IMG/VR virus record: IMGVR_UViG_3300028886_000029
Coordinates: 299,318-363,317 of that record
Reading direction: 5' to 3' (one strand)
Length of the DNA: 64,000 nucleotides
DNA from: a virus
Lineage: Duplodnaviria > Heunggongvirae > Uroviricota > Caudoviricetes
This document shows positions 53,900-64,000 of this stretch, one piece after another. The notes under the pieces are model-generated. The model was given only the letters and a program-made list of their open reading frames with translations. It was not told the DNA's origin and did no database searches. Made by a program: the position numbers and the translations under genes. Numbering within the stretch: the first letter of the stretch is position 1; every line of letters starts with the position of its first letter.

Positions 53900-54882
53900 A
53901 TCTCTTTCTTCTTTTTAAGATTCAAAGAAAGGGAATTGAGCCAATCAATTTCTTTGCTATACCTTGGTGTTGCATATCCAGAACCAGTACCAGATACTGC
54001 CTTATAGTCTATATACTGACCAAGAACAGAAACAATTGTATCAATTATCTTTTTATCCTCTTCGCTCCATTCTTGCTTTGGCAAATTATATTCGCCATCA
54101 CGAATAGCTTTTAGAACCAAAATCTTCCCGTCATAACCACAGAATGATTTAGAGGCTTTTTCATAATCGTCTATTATGGAATCTAATATTTTCCTCTCCT
54201 CCTCGCCCCACTCCGCTGTCTTCTGTTTTGACTCCTTTGCCTTGGTGTCCTCTTCCTTATGCTTGATAACATAGTAAACGCACGCTGACAACTCGTCAAT
54301 GTCAATTGGGACATACCCCAACTTCTTGACGAACATATTCACATATGCCAATATATCTCTCGGCCCTGTGTAGCGTTTGTAAAGCTCATCGTAAAAGTCA
54401 ATGCGCTTGACGGGCTTCTGCTCTATTCTCTCCCAATTATCCTCAGCCCCGAAAAGAATTGGGCCGTAGGCACAATCAGTAAGGTATCTGTCTTTTTCTA
54501 TTCCTGTTATTGTGAGAATATTAACATCATCTCCTTCCAAATGAACCTTATCGCCAACTTTGAACTTTAGGATATGCTTCTGCTCATCGGCGACCATTGG
54601 GGTGGGAACAGGGGCGATATAGGGTTCTTTATGAACCATCATTTCAGATAAATCTGCTGGCTTCTGCTTCTCGAGGTAGGCAATCCACGGAGTAATATCT
54701 ACCCCACGAATACCTTCATCCTTGTATTGGCTAAAATAGTCAATCATTTCTTTCCTTATCCTCTCGTCCTCGCTCTCCGCAGTTACGAGGCCAAGCACTT
54801 GTAACGCAGTTAAATCTTCGTTATCTAAAGCCCATTTGTCAAAGCGGCTTCTAACTCTTTCTATTGCTTCTTTTGTTGTCAT
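53896..54882 (-). CDS. EWSEED-repeat family protein
   Basis: ESEDERIRK, YLEKQKP, EWSEED. Confidence 0.8.
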   Translation of the reverse strand: MTTKEAIERVRSRFDKWALDNEDLTALQVLGLVTAESEDERIRKEMIDYFSQYKDEGIRGVDITPWIAYLEKQKPADLSEMMVHKEPYIAPVPTPMVADEQKHILKFKVGDKVHLEGDDVNILTITGIEKDRYLTDCAYGPILFGAEDNWERIEQKPVKRIDFYDELYKRYTGPRDILAYVNMFVKKLGYVPIDIDELSACVYYVIKHKEEDTKAKESKQKTAEWGEEERKILDSIIDDYEKASKSFCGYDGKILVLKAIRDGEYNLPKQEWSEEDKKIIDTIVSVLGQYIDYKAVSGTGSGYATPRYSKEIDWLNSLSLNLKKKKEI

Positions 54883-55326
54883 ATCTAAACCAAATTTTCA
54901 AGATAATATTTCAAGTGTTACTGGTATGGGACCATCACCGGCTTTCATGTCAAAGCCTTCAACTGATACATGGATTGACCACGGGTCGTAGTCCATTGTA
55001 TCGTAAAGCGAGTCTTCATAACCGAAATCAACCTTCGGGTATTTTGCATCTGTTTTGAATCTTGGCTTGTAATTGTGAAGATGTGTTTCGTTTCCGAAAT
55101 CATCAACTCGTTCTATTAAACAAATGACACCATAATTTATTCTTGCTGTTAAATCGGTTATCAGCAAATTGCGTTCCTCATTGGACATAAGAATCAAATG
55201 TCCGTCTTCTGTGCGTTGAAATTGTTTTCCTTTTATTGCCAATTTACAAAAGGTTTTTTCATATTCTTTCTGTAACTCTTCATTTTCGTGACCATAGAAC
55301 GAAATGCCATCAAACTTTCCCATATT

Positions 55327-55764
55327 CTATTCATTTTTATACATTCCCTCTGGTGCTTTAATGGCAAGACCTTTTTCTATTAATGTTTTACCATTACCAT
55401 CAGTTCTCCAATCAAAGTGTCTTGAGTCCAACCATTCAACATATCTATTCATATATAAATTAATTGCACCTTGAGTCTTTATATCACTCTTAAACCATCT
55501 TACTAATTGTTTTTCTTCCTCAGTCATGGAGGATATTGGACGGAGATAAGGCTTTATATCCGAAATATCCACATCGGTACCCTCTTCGTACAGATAAACA
55601 TTATAGATACGGGGCTCGATAAAAACAATCTCGTCATCAAAGAATTCAATATAATCGTCCATTTCCTCATTGAACGATTCTACTTTTACTTGACATTTTA
55701 CCCTACCGAACGCCAATCTTGCACAAAGGTCTCTGAGCAATAACTGTTTATCTTCTTGTGTCAT
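55327..55764 (-). CDS. LCARLPYG-family protein
   Basis: Family blocks. Confidence 0.85.
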   Translation of the reverse strand: MTQEDKQLLLRDLCARLAFGRVKCQVKVESFNEEMDDYIEFFDDEIVFIEPRIYNVYLYEEGTDVDISDIKPYLRPISSMTEEEKQLVRWFKSDIKTQGAINLYMNRYVEWLDSRHFDWRTDGNGKTLIEKGLAIKAPEGMYKNE

Positions 55765-56852
55765 AATTATTCACCTTTCAGTTTTTTTAGTTCGTTTTCC
55801 AAAAGAAAAATCATTCTTGTTTTAAAGTCAATTTTTTCAATCCCCAAGAAATTTTTGTTTGAATTTCTATATGCCTCAATATTGGGAACTTCAGTGTCAG
55901 GTACAACGGAAAGTAAATCAACCATATCTGAGGACATTTGAAGAACACTTTCCCTAACAATTGTGGAAATTACATTAATAGCATCAACAGCGGTCTCTAC
56001 TTCACTTCTGTAATATGTACCACCATAATAAGATATTAGAGTTACCGTCTCTTTATCTAAGTCATGAGGTCTTTCAATACTGAAAGAAATATTACAGTTA
56101 GGACCCACAGTTCTTGTGTACTTAACATCCCAACTATCATCTATAGTATATTTAAAACCAAGTTTTTCGGTAAGATACCATATAATTCTACTTTCCAAAT
56201 TGGCTCTATGACGTATCATAGGATTGTAAGTGTCTACTGGCCAAGCAAGAGATTGTTCCCACTCACGAAGTGCTTTATCAAGTGAATCTACATCATTATA
56301 AGTTTTATTGTCAAACACAATTTTACCGTTTTTTAACTGAATATTTCCACAATATCCAATTCCGTGAGTATATTCACCCGCTTTCCGATAGAGAGCAATA
56401 TTATTGTTTTCTCCAATGATATTATACTTTTTTTGTAAGTCTTTTCTTGTCATTGTATTTTTAATTTTAATTACATTTACTTTCAATCCACTCTTCAAGT
56501 GTCATTTTCTGTTCATGGTCACCTTTTTTTCTGTTATAGTAGTCAGGACAATAACAGTCACCATCAACAAAACTATAATCAACATCAGGGTCATTACCGC
56601 CATTATGCATATAACATTTGCCATTACCAAAATTTTCAATAAGACCTTTTGGTGTAGGTGTCCAGTACCTACCTTTTATAGTCTTGTACCACCAACAGTT
56701 TATACAGTATCCGTGATTCACAATAAAATAATTTTAACTATAACAATACTTTACAAAAATCGTGCCGTTTGTTATACAAAACAGAAAATTGTTTTTCTTT
56801 TTTATTATTTCTGTTACAAAAATACAAACTTATCATGAAAAAAACAAAAAAT

Positions 56853-56880
56853 AATGGGATAGTTAATTAACTATCCCATT
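56853..56880 (-). terminator. Terminator after the DUF2828-like gene
   Basis: Perfect palindrome AATGGGATAGTTAATTAACTATCCCATT. Confidence 0.75.
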
Positions 56881-56888
56881 ATCATTAA

Positions 56889-58529
56889 TTAGTGTACAAG
56901 TAGTAGTACTTCCTGTGTCAATGCTTCATTGACAACATCCTCCATAGAAGGTTGTACCTTCTTGCCTGTGTTGGGGTCGGTCTTCACCTCACCATTAAGG
57001 ATGAGGCTTGCAATAGCACCATCAAATCCACTTACAAGATACTGTCCACCATGTTCCATGGTTGCAGGTACATCCTTGGAAGCATCGCTTCTTCCTGCGC
57101 AGTACCACCACACAACCTTGAAATCATCAACCCATTCCGAAGGGAAGTACTTTCTAAGCATTTCCATCATCTTCTCATAATTACTAATGGACTTACCATT
57201 GGACGAATAAGTTGGGTTAAACTGCATATCGCTAACCACAAGAAGGGTCTGAGGAAAGTCCTCAAGTGGAATTTCAGGATGGCTTTTCCTTGTATTACAG
57301 ATAAGGGTAATAAGGCTTTGGAAGTTTGTCGAACCCCATGCTGTTCTTGCATTGACGATTTGATTCCACTTATCAGTAAAACTATCACCCTTAAGTGTCA
57401 TAAGAGTAGAGGTGTTATCAAACATGGCAACCACATTATGGAATGCACCCTTGTTAAGTTCACTGAAATAGATTCCAAGTGAAACACAAACATCATATGA
57501 TGAAAGTCCGTTAGGACCACCACTAATAGGTGACATCATTGAGCCGCTGGTGTCAAGCGCACACAGCACATTACCCTTAATAGCACCATCATCCTTGGAT
57601 GCTGTTTCAATCAGACCTGCAAACTGCTTGTCAACAGTAATTTTAACAACATCTGAAACATGAGAAAGAGCATATGAACTCTCAGGCAGTTTCATTGCCA
57701 ACTCAAAGGGATAACCATTGAACTTAGCGACAGGCTGTGCCTTAAGCCACTTGATGTAACTATCCTTAAGGCCATGGTTATAGAGGAACTTACCACTTGC
57801 AAGACTAAGAAGTGCCTTGCCAGGAATAGTGTTCCAATCAATATTGGAATAGTCCCTAGCACAAATAACTCTCTGAAACTCATGAGCCTTACCTGTTGAT
57901 TTAAACTCCCTATAGTCCTTGGGTGACCAACCGACATACTTAGCAAAATCCTTTGCGAGTTGATTGGTTTTCTTAGCCCAATCAGTAGTACAAACCTTGT
58001 TAGACCTGATTCTTGGAAGGTACTTCTTCACCAAGTCCTTATGGTTAGGGTCATTGATACCCATAGCAAGAACATCGAAAAACTTTTCCTTATCCAAGGA
58101 ATCGTCCATACTCAAAAGAACCCACAAGTCCTTCCAAGAACCCACCACAGGCACAAGCCAAAGGTTCCTGTAAAATTCGTCAGCATGGTACCTCGCAATC
58201 CAAAGGAGTCTCTTAAAAGACTCATCTTTTGCGCCTTGACCCCTCTGTACCTTTTCGGTTTTAGACCCATTAATGACATTAATCTGTCTGGTAATCATCC
58301 TAAGGTAAAATGGGAACCTAAGTGCGGTAACAGGGTCTTCACCCCAAAGGGTTGCCTGTTCGTTCCACACCTCACCAACATTCCTACCTCTTGCAGTACC
58401 TGCATGAGCAAATTGGTCAAGCAAAGCGGAACCTGCCGTTGCGTATGAAACCGCACCGTTCTCAGTCATAGTACCATTAGCACCAGGGGCAAGCAAATTT
58501 GCCTTAACAAAACTATTCATCTTCTCCAT
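56889..58529 (-). CDS. DUF2828-like / TROVE(Ro60)-related protein with C-terminal vWA domain
   Basis: TENGA.S..T.GSALLD.F; R...GQG.K..F; GSWKDL; K.LPR; MIDAS DTSGSM; GSTNFQ; SDMQFN; VSGF. Confidence 0.82.
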   Translation of the reverse strand: MEKMNSFVKANLLAPGANGTMTENGAVSYATAGSALLDQFAHAGTARGRNVGEVWNEQATLWGEDPVTALRFPFYLRMITRQINVINGSKTEKVQRGQGAKDESFKRLLWIARYHADEFYRNLWLVPVVGSWKDLWVLLSMDDSLDKEKFFDVLAMGINDPNHKDLVKKYLPRIRSNKVCTTDWAKKTNQLAKDFAKYVGWSPKDYREFKSTGKAHEFQRVICARDYSNIDWNTIPGKALLSLASGKFLYNHGLKDSYIKWLKAQPVAKFNGYPFELAMKLPESSYALSHVSDVVKITVDKQFAGLIETASKDDGAIKGNVLCALDTSGSMMSPISGGPNGLSSYDVCVSLGIYFSELNKGAFHNVVAMFDNTSTLMTLKGDSFTDKWNQIVNARTAWGSTNFQSLITLICNTRKSHPEIPLEDFPQTLLVVSDMQFNPTYSSNGKSISNYEKMMEMLRKYFPSEWVDDFKVVWWYCAGRSDASKDVPATMEHGGQYLVSGFDGAIASLILNGEVKTDPNTGKKVQPSMEDVVNEALTQEVLLLVH

Positions 58530-58532
58530 AAT

Positions 58533-58584
58533 CAGAAATTTTTTTGGTTAAACTTTATATTTTTTTTTTTGCTGTTAAATTTCT
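58533..58584 (-). ncRNA. Stem + ACAGCAA RNA motif in the 5' UTR of the DUF2828-like gene
   Basis: AGAAATT-TAACAGCAA-(A-rich loop)-AATTTCT-G, ending 3 nt before the ATG. Confidence 0.65.
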
Positions 58585-59445
58585 TTGTTTCTATATTTCA
58601 AAAACCGTGCCAGAGTTTTAAAATTAATCTAATTTTTTTATATATGCCAAAATTTCTTTTATTGTTTCGGCTTTAATTTCATCATATTGATTATCACATT
58701 TCTCAAGCACTTTAAGTTGACCTTCAAGATAGCCAATAATTCTTTGCATAATATTTAATTTTAGTTATATTTTAGCCAATATTTAACCGTTGGTTCATCA
58801 TTGTTACTACCATAAGTAGCCCATAGAACATCGAAAACATCTTTGTTTTCTTCTTTTACATATGAGGCGATACCTTCCGCATCATCAATTGTTCTCACAA
58901 AATATATGCCATCAGTCTGAGGGAAAGCGATGTCAGTATCAATCCAAGCACATTCCAAATTTTCTATCGAAGGTTTAGTGTCAGTGTTCTCTTTTTTTTC
59001 TGTTTTAGCCATGTAAGCATAGACAAAAATTGTGAACCACGAAAACAACAGTGCTGATGTTGGTTTCCACCATTTTGTTTTCCAATCATAGGTGGTTAAC
59101 TCGTCAAAACACAAATAACCTACCAATATAATGCCAAGTATCCAAAAAATAATAAAAAAAGTTGTCATCTAAAAATAATTAAATATAATTAAACCGTTCC
59201 TTTCCATGTAATAGACATCTTGCCAAAGTTCAAACAAAGCGGTTTTCATGTCAGCATTATTATGTTGTCTGAGAATCTCGTTTCCAAACACTTCGTACTG
59301 CACAAACCAAATACCATCACAATTTCTAAAAAGTGAGAGTTCGTAATGTTGTTTATCGTCACCGTTTGTTTTGACCACTGACAGTGGCATATGTTGTAGT
59401 ATTTCTTCCACTGTCCAATCAGCGAAAACATCAGGATTTTTTTCT

Positions 59446-59853
59446 TTAGAAGGTGTTGTCATCAGTAATTCTGCTAATATAAGACTTATTGTGTTCATCA
59501 CACCTTATAGCCTTATCAACAAACTTGTCCTTAACTGGCGCAAGAGCCTCAATGTCATCAAGAAGCATGTCCCACTTTCTTAGAATAAGGTTTTTCATCT
59601 GAATATAAGCCTTACCCTCAGCCTTTGCCTGAGCAATTTTCTTACCCTTTGCGACTGAATACTTGTCATCTGGATGACACTTTGCGGTTGCTTTTACTGT
59701 TAATGGTGTAGCCCAATAATCAAAAAGCCTACGATAAAGGGTTTCAGGTGCCTTAAGTTCAGCGACAACCTCACAAGTGACATTATCACCGTTAAAATAA
59801 TACTTCGTGTCAACAACTGACATCTTAATGTTTGTCATATCCAAATTTCTCAT
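59446..59853 (-). CDS. Phage hypothetical protein (AKCHPDD motif)
   Basis: ATAKCHPDDKYSVAKGKKIA.AKA. Confidence 0.75.
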   Translation of the reverse strand: MRNLDMTNIKMSVVDTKYYFNGDNVTCEVVAELKAPETLYRRLFDYWATPLTVKATAKCHPDDKYSVAKGKKIAQAKAEGKAYIQMKNLILRKWDMLLDDIEALAPVKDKFVDKAIRCDEHNKSYISRITDDNTF

Positions 59854-59883
59854 AACTAAAAATATTTTAAATTAAAAAAATCG

Positions 59884-59997
59884 AACCAAGAAGAGGACTC
59901 GAACCTCTAACCCCAGGCTTAAAAGGCATTAATCATTGCTGCAAGTTTTTAAACTAAAAACCACTGTACTGTGCTCTACCGATTGAGCTATCTTGGT
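59884..59997 (-). tRNA. tRNA-Lys(UUU)-like gene with a 41-nt insertion in the anticodon stem
   Basis: Acceptor ACCAAGA/TCTTGGT; D-arm GCTC-AATCGGTA-GAGC; CAG[41 nt]GC-CTTTTAA-GCCTG; T-arm AGAGG-TTCGAGT-CCTCT; no encoded CCA. Confidence 0.8.
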
Positions 59998-60547
59998 TAC
60001 ATTGCAAATGTATATATAACTTTTTTAATATCCAAATGTTTTTGTGTTATTTTTTAAATTATCAACTAAATTGTTGGCTAATTTAATACATAGGCTAGTT
60101 GTCGCTTCCAAATTTTCAAGTTTGAAATCAGGACTACTTAATGCTGCCAAATAAAGTTCTTTAGCAACTTCTTTGTGGAATGAAAAATAGTCAAATGTGT
60201 TCTTACTTTCTTTTTGTTCTGTTGTCATAAGTCTTCAAATTTTATTTTTTCCATCGTTATTATTCCGTCACAATTTTGAATGGTGTACTCATCTTTCCAA
60301 GCATCAATGTTGAATGTGAGTTGTTTTCCATCTGATACTCTCTTAATGTTTTCTGCTTTGATTTCTAATGATGGGTCAAACAGATTGCACCAACTTACAA
60401 TGTCATTTAATATTATCTCCATTTCGTTTTTTGCATTTTTAGATGAATGATAATAGAATGGACCCCATGTTAACATGTGAGTATCTGAATAAATAATATT
60501 TCCTTCTACTTTATAAACATTCGGTATGTTATTTTTAGTCATTTTCA

Positions 60548-61371
60548 CTATTTTTTTAAAAGATTCTCTAAACAATATTTAATAGCCGCTTCACATGCTT
60601 CTTCGTAAGATTCAAAAAGTTCCAATGAAACACTTTGTGGAACTAAAAGATATGTAGCAACCCACTCCCATAAGCATCCACCAGAACCGTCATCATCTGT
60701 TACTTTAGGGATAATAGTGATACAAAGTTTATGTACTTCCCTTAGCCATTTCATTGCCATTTGAAAAGTAGGAGCAGGATATCCTTTAGGATGTGGTTTG
60801 GAAGTGGCACAAGAATTTAATAAACCACTTGGAGAATATTCTTTATAAATTTCAATTCCAGAATCATAAGAACCATCACCCCAGACATCAAATCCTTTCT
60901 CTTTCAATAGTTTTGCTGTTTCAAAACTTACGTAATCTTCTGTAATCATAATCAAATTAAACTTTCCAAACAATATTTAATTGCCGCTTCACAAGCACCC
61001 TCAAAAGAATCACTATCGCAGCAAGCCACGCAGTGATAGTCATCTACAGGTTCGGCATGATATAAACTGTTCTTTTTTCTAACTCTGTATATATTAGCTG
61101 TTATCCAGTAGAAATCTGTAAAACTTAATCTTGGTTCACATCCAATAAACAAATGGTGTACTTCCCTCAGCCACTTCATAGCTATTTGGAGAGTTGGGCA
61201 AGCAATAAGGTGTGTATCTTCTTCTAGTCTTTTATGGTAAATCATTTCACCTACTGCACATCCACGAGGTTTGTCATCACCCACAAAATAATTGACCGGT
61301 GTGTTTTCATCAAACCCCTTCTCTTTCAGGAGTTTGGCAGTCTCAAAACTTACATAATCTTCTGTAATCAT
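60548..61371 (-). CDS. Two tandem EDYVSFE-family genes (60548-60949, 60952-61371)
   Basis: Family start and end blocks. Confidence 0.85.
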
Positions 61372-61772
61372 ATTATTTTGCATAAAAATTCCAAAAAGGT
61401 TCAATACTGATAATACCATAAAACGGTCGTTCTATTCCGTTCTCCCCTTCGGAGTTGATACTTTTCATGAGAAACCCTTTCTCCGTGCTACCATCGAAAT
61501 AATCATAGGAACTTTCGCCGTAATCCTGCTTATTCAGGTGCTGCTCAATTATTTTTGAGATTATGTGAGCGTCAAAATCAAAGGGAAATGGTTTCCATCC
61601 GTCTTTTACCATCCATCCAAGACAGTATTTACCATCCTCCGAAATTTGATAGGACTCACACTTGCTGCCGAACATACTAATGGCAAATTTAATAGCCTTT
61701 TCGAGTTGACTCATATCACCTGATATCTCAAATATCTGTTCACTTGAAAACATAATTGTTGAATTTTTAGTT

Positions 61773-62138
61773 TTAATTTTTATTATACATTTCTTCAGGG
61801 GCTTCAAGAGCAAGACCCTTTTCAATCAAACCACGAAAATCAAAATGATGTTCAAGAACATAGTCAAGTGCATCTTCGTTGTGAGGAAACACACCTTCAT
61901 ACGCGTTTAGCGCATAGTATTCCGCTTCTTCCTCTTCCGTCATACTTGACATTGGACGGAGATAGGGTTTAATGGTTATGTTTTGACATGATGGAACTGT
62001 CATCCAGTCGTGAATATATGTTCCGTTCAGTACAATATCTACATAATATACTTTTCCGTTTTTAATGTAAACGTGTGGTTTATAAGGCAACCTTGCACTA
62101 AGGTCTTTCAAAAGGAGCTGTTTTTTTTCTTGTGTCAT
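61773..62138 (-). CDS. LCARLPYG-family protein
   Basis: Family blocks. Confidence 0.85.
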   Translation of the reverse strand: MTQEKKQLLLKDLSARLPYKPHVYIKNGKVYYVDIVLNGTYIHDWMTVPSCQNITIKPYLRPMSSMTEEEEAEYYALNAYEGVFPHNEDALDYVLEHHFDFRGLIEKGLALEAPEEMYNKN

Positions 62139-62266
62139 AACTTATGATTTTTATTTTGACTTTACTATTAGCAAAAAATGTGCCAAAATCAAAATTTCAG
62201 TACATTTTTTTACTTTTTCTAAACCGATTTCGTAAGTTCTTCAACCATTCTCATCTTTCCCACTTT

Positions 62267-63382
62267 TTAACTCTGTAGTTTCTTGAGTTGTTCGTAGAGA
62301 GATTCCAGAGGCGCAATTTCATTACGCCCAACCACTCCCAGACACAAAGGGATTGCCTTATCCAATGCCCTCATTTGCTCCTCTGTGGGCTTCCATGAAG
62401 GCTGGGGACAGAGGGATGAGAGTTTATCCGCAAGAAACCAATTGCCACTATTCTGAAGTGCTGAAATACACTTAAGCAATAAGCCTTTATCCTCATCGCT
62501 CCATTCTTGCTTTGATTGAGGACGGAGGGATTTGAGTTTAGCAATCATATCTGCATAACGTCTTGGATTGACAATTCGGTCTCCGTTATATTGTCGTTCT
62601 GTGTCCTTCATCTCAAGATATTTAAGGCAATCAATAATGTCTTTGATACACTTTTCATCCTCCTCGCTCCACTCTTGCTTTAGCTGTGGCTTGAGTAATT
62701 TGAGTTTTCGTATTTCTTCACCAACGATTTCTTTTTGATAATCCGACAGGGTATTCTGATAACAACACAGACTGTTAATTACATCGTCTATCAATTTCTT
62801 ATCTTCATCGCTCCACTCTTGTTTTGGTTGGAGAATAAATCTTTCAGGAAGGGATTTTAACCAATGTGCATACATGTCTAGCTCGTGCTGGAGTCTAACT
62901 GTTTTGTTTTCAAAAAAGTCTGTAATTTCATTAAGAAAGACAGTATCGTTTTTACTCCACTCTACTGACTTCTCTGTTTCAAGACCTCTATAAAGAAAAT
63001 GCTCAAGACATTCAATTGCCTTATCACACTCATAGATACCATCGTCAGATTGATAACCTTGGAGTGTACCTTTTGCTTTCTTAATGATTTGCAAAGCTCT
63101 ATCAAGATTGGTTTTAGTGTCTTCGTCCCACTCTGCTGGCTTCTGCTCTTTATTTTTTTCGAGCCAAGCAATCATATCGGATACAGCAACAGTACCATTT
63201 GGCAATCCAGTTGGTTTATCACCTTGTTCTTTAAGGTACCTTTTAATTTCTCTAAGCATCCTCTCGTCCTCGCTCTCCTTGAGTTCAGGAATAAGAGTTT
63301 CAAAACCTTCTCGAATTTTTTCATCAATATTCAAGCAAGGTAATACTTGTTTAACCAGATTTATTGCTTCTTCTCTTGTCAT
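62267..63382 (-). CDS. EWSEED-repeat family protein
   Basis: Five EW(S)xED-like repeat units; WKPTEEQM. Confidence 0.85.
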   Translation of the reverse strand: MTREEAINLVKQVLPCLNIDEKIREGFETLIPELKESEDERMLREIKRYLKEQGDKPTGLPNGTVAVSDMIAWLEKNKEQKPAEWDEDTKTNLDRALQIIKKAKGTLQGYQSDDGIYECDKAIECLEHFLYRGLETEKSVEWSKNDTVFLNEITDFFENKTVRLQHELDMYAHWLKSLPERFILQPKQEWSDEDKKLIDDVINSLCCYQNTLSDYQKEIVGEEIRKLKLLKPQLKQEWSEEDEKCIKDIIDCLKYLEMKDTERQYNGDRIVNPRRYADMIAKLKSLRPQSKQEWSDEDKGLLLKCISALQNSGNWFLADKLSSLCPQPSWKPTEEQMRALDKAIPLCLGVVGRNEIAPLESLYEQLKKLQS

Positions 63383-63634
63383 ACTCTATTTAGTTTTATA
63401 CATATCTTTAGGTGCTTCCAACGTAACTCCAAAGCATATCACTTTATCACTATGGCCAATATCATCGAACTCAAACCCATCAAAGTATTCAGTGTCATAA
63501 GGATAAGGATACCTTCTGTTTTTTAATTCTTCATCAGAAACCCTTGTTCTTATGCGAAATTCAATAGAAAAATCGTCATCCAAATCTTTGGTTAATCTTC
63601 GAAAATCACCAAGCGTTTTAATTATATCCATAAC

Positions 63635-64000
63635 TTAATCAGTTTTATACATATCCTCTGGTGCTTCTAATGCTAAACCCATAGGTATAAGTCCACGGTA
63701 ATCAAGGTAATGAGCGTTAAGCCAATCTCCAAGTTCTTTAACCAATGTAATAGAGTTTATTAATGTTGACATTTTAGCCATCTCTTCTTTCTCTTCCTCA
63801 GTCATAGAAGACATTGGACGAAGATAAGGCTTTACTGTATCGCCATCGTTCAAATCATATTCTTCTGCTTCTGAACGGCCAAAATCAACATAGACAAGAT
63901 TCTCTCCGAACGAATATTCAACACTAATCAATGTGCCTATGCCATTTTTTGTTTGACATTTTACTCCATAAGGCAACCTTGCGCTCAAATCACGCAAAAG
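63635..64000 (-). CDS. LCARLPYG-family protein (start lies beyond the window)
   Basis: DLSARLPYGV...PYLRPMSSMTEEE...LALEAPEDMY. Confidence 0.85.
   Translation of the reverse strand, partial: LLRDLSARLPYGVKCQTKNGIGTLISVEYSFGENLVYVDFGRSEAEEYDLNDGDTVKPYLRPMSSMTEEEKEEMAKMSTLINSITLVKELGDWLNAHYLDYRGLIPMGLALEAPEDMYKTD

Larger units (their letters stand above)
42015..62185 (-). promoter_or_regulatory. Five minus-strand sigma54-type promoters
   Basis: TGGCACGATTTTTGTA (42015-42030), CGGCACGGTTTTTGTA (45607-45622), CGGCACGATTTTTGTA (56752-56767), TGGCACGGTTTTTGAA (58597-58612), TGGCACATTTTTTGCT (62170-62185); each lies just upstream of a - strand ATG. Confidence 0.8.

Noticed and set aside
56929-58448. 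Long antisense ORFs opposite the DUF2828-like gene and similar shadow ORFs elsewhere
   Set aside because: Explained by codon bias of the sense gene; no motifs or promoters support them
1-64000. Stop-codon reassignment (TAG to Gln) as in some gut jumbo phages
   Set aside because: Recognisable genes are full length in code 11, and TAG ends many genes at natural boundaries (e.g. dut, cassette junctions)

Overview
AT-rich segment of a large (jumbo-type) dsDNA phage, standard genetic code. The host is probably Bacteroidota (inferred from AT-rich leaders without Shine-Dalgarno motifs, a Bacteroidota-style lipoprotein and a BspA-like LRR gene). Layout: (1) 1-8 kb: a nucleotide-metabolism block with dUTPase and a GMP reductase/IMPDH-family gene fractured by a split intein around a free-standing endonuclease, plus a TnpB-only IS200/IS605 element. 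(2) 14.7-15.0 kb: a non-coding locus with ~72-bp tandem repeats and G-tracts. (3) 15-38 kb: a + strand array of small, often acidic genes, most preceded by a repeated cassette containing a sigma54-type -24/-12 promoter (about 40 copies, plus 5 on the - strand). (4) 35.1-36.3 kb: an RNA cluster with a D-arm-less tRNA(UAU)-like gene, a pseudoknotted ncRNA candidate, and tRNA-Leu(UAA) carrying a group I intron at a non-canonical site. (5) 38-64 kb: - strand genes dominated by paralog families with fixed ends and variable middles, plus NUDIX, mgsA, an IS607 element, a DUF2828/TROVE-vWA-like gene and a tRNA-Lys with a 41-nt insertion. Best candidate new systems: a covarying RNA motif (7-bp stem + NNRCAGCAA) shared by the 5' UTR of the DUF2828-like gene, the tRNA-Leu leader and the tRNA-Lys insertion; and the sigma54 promoter-cassette gene array. 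All family assignments are from motif recognition by eye; no searches were run.
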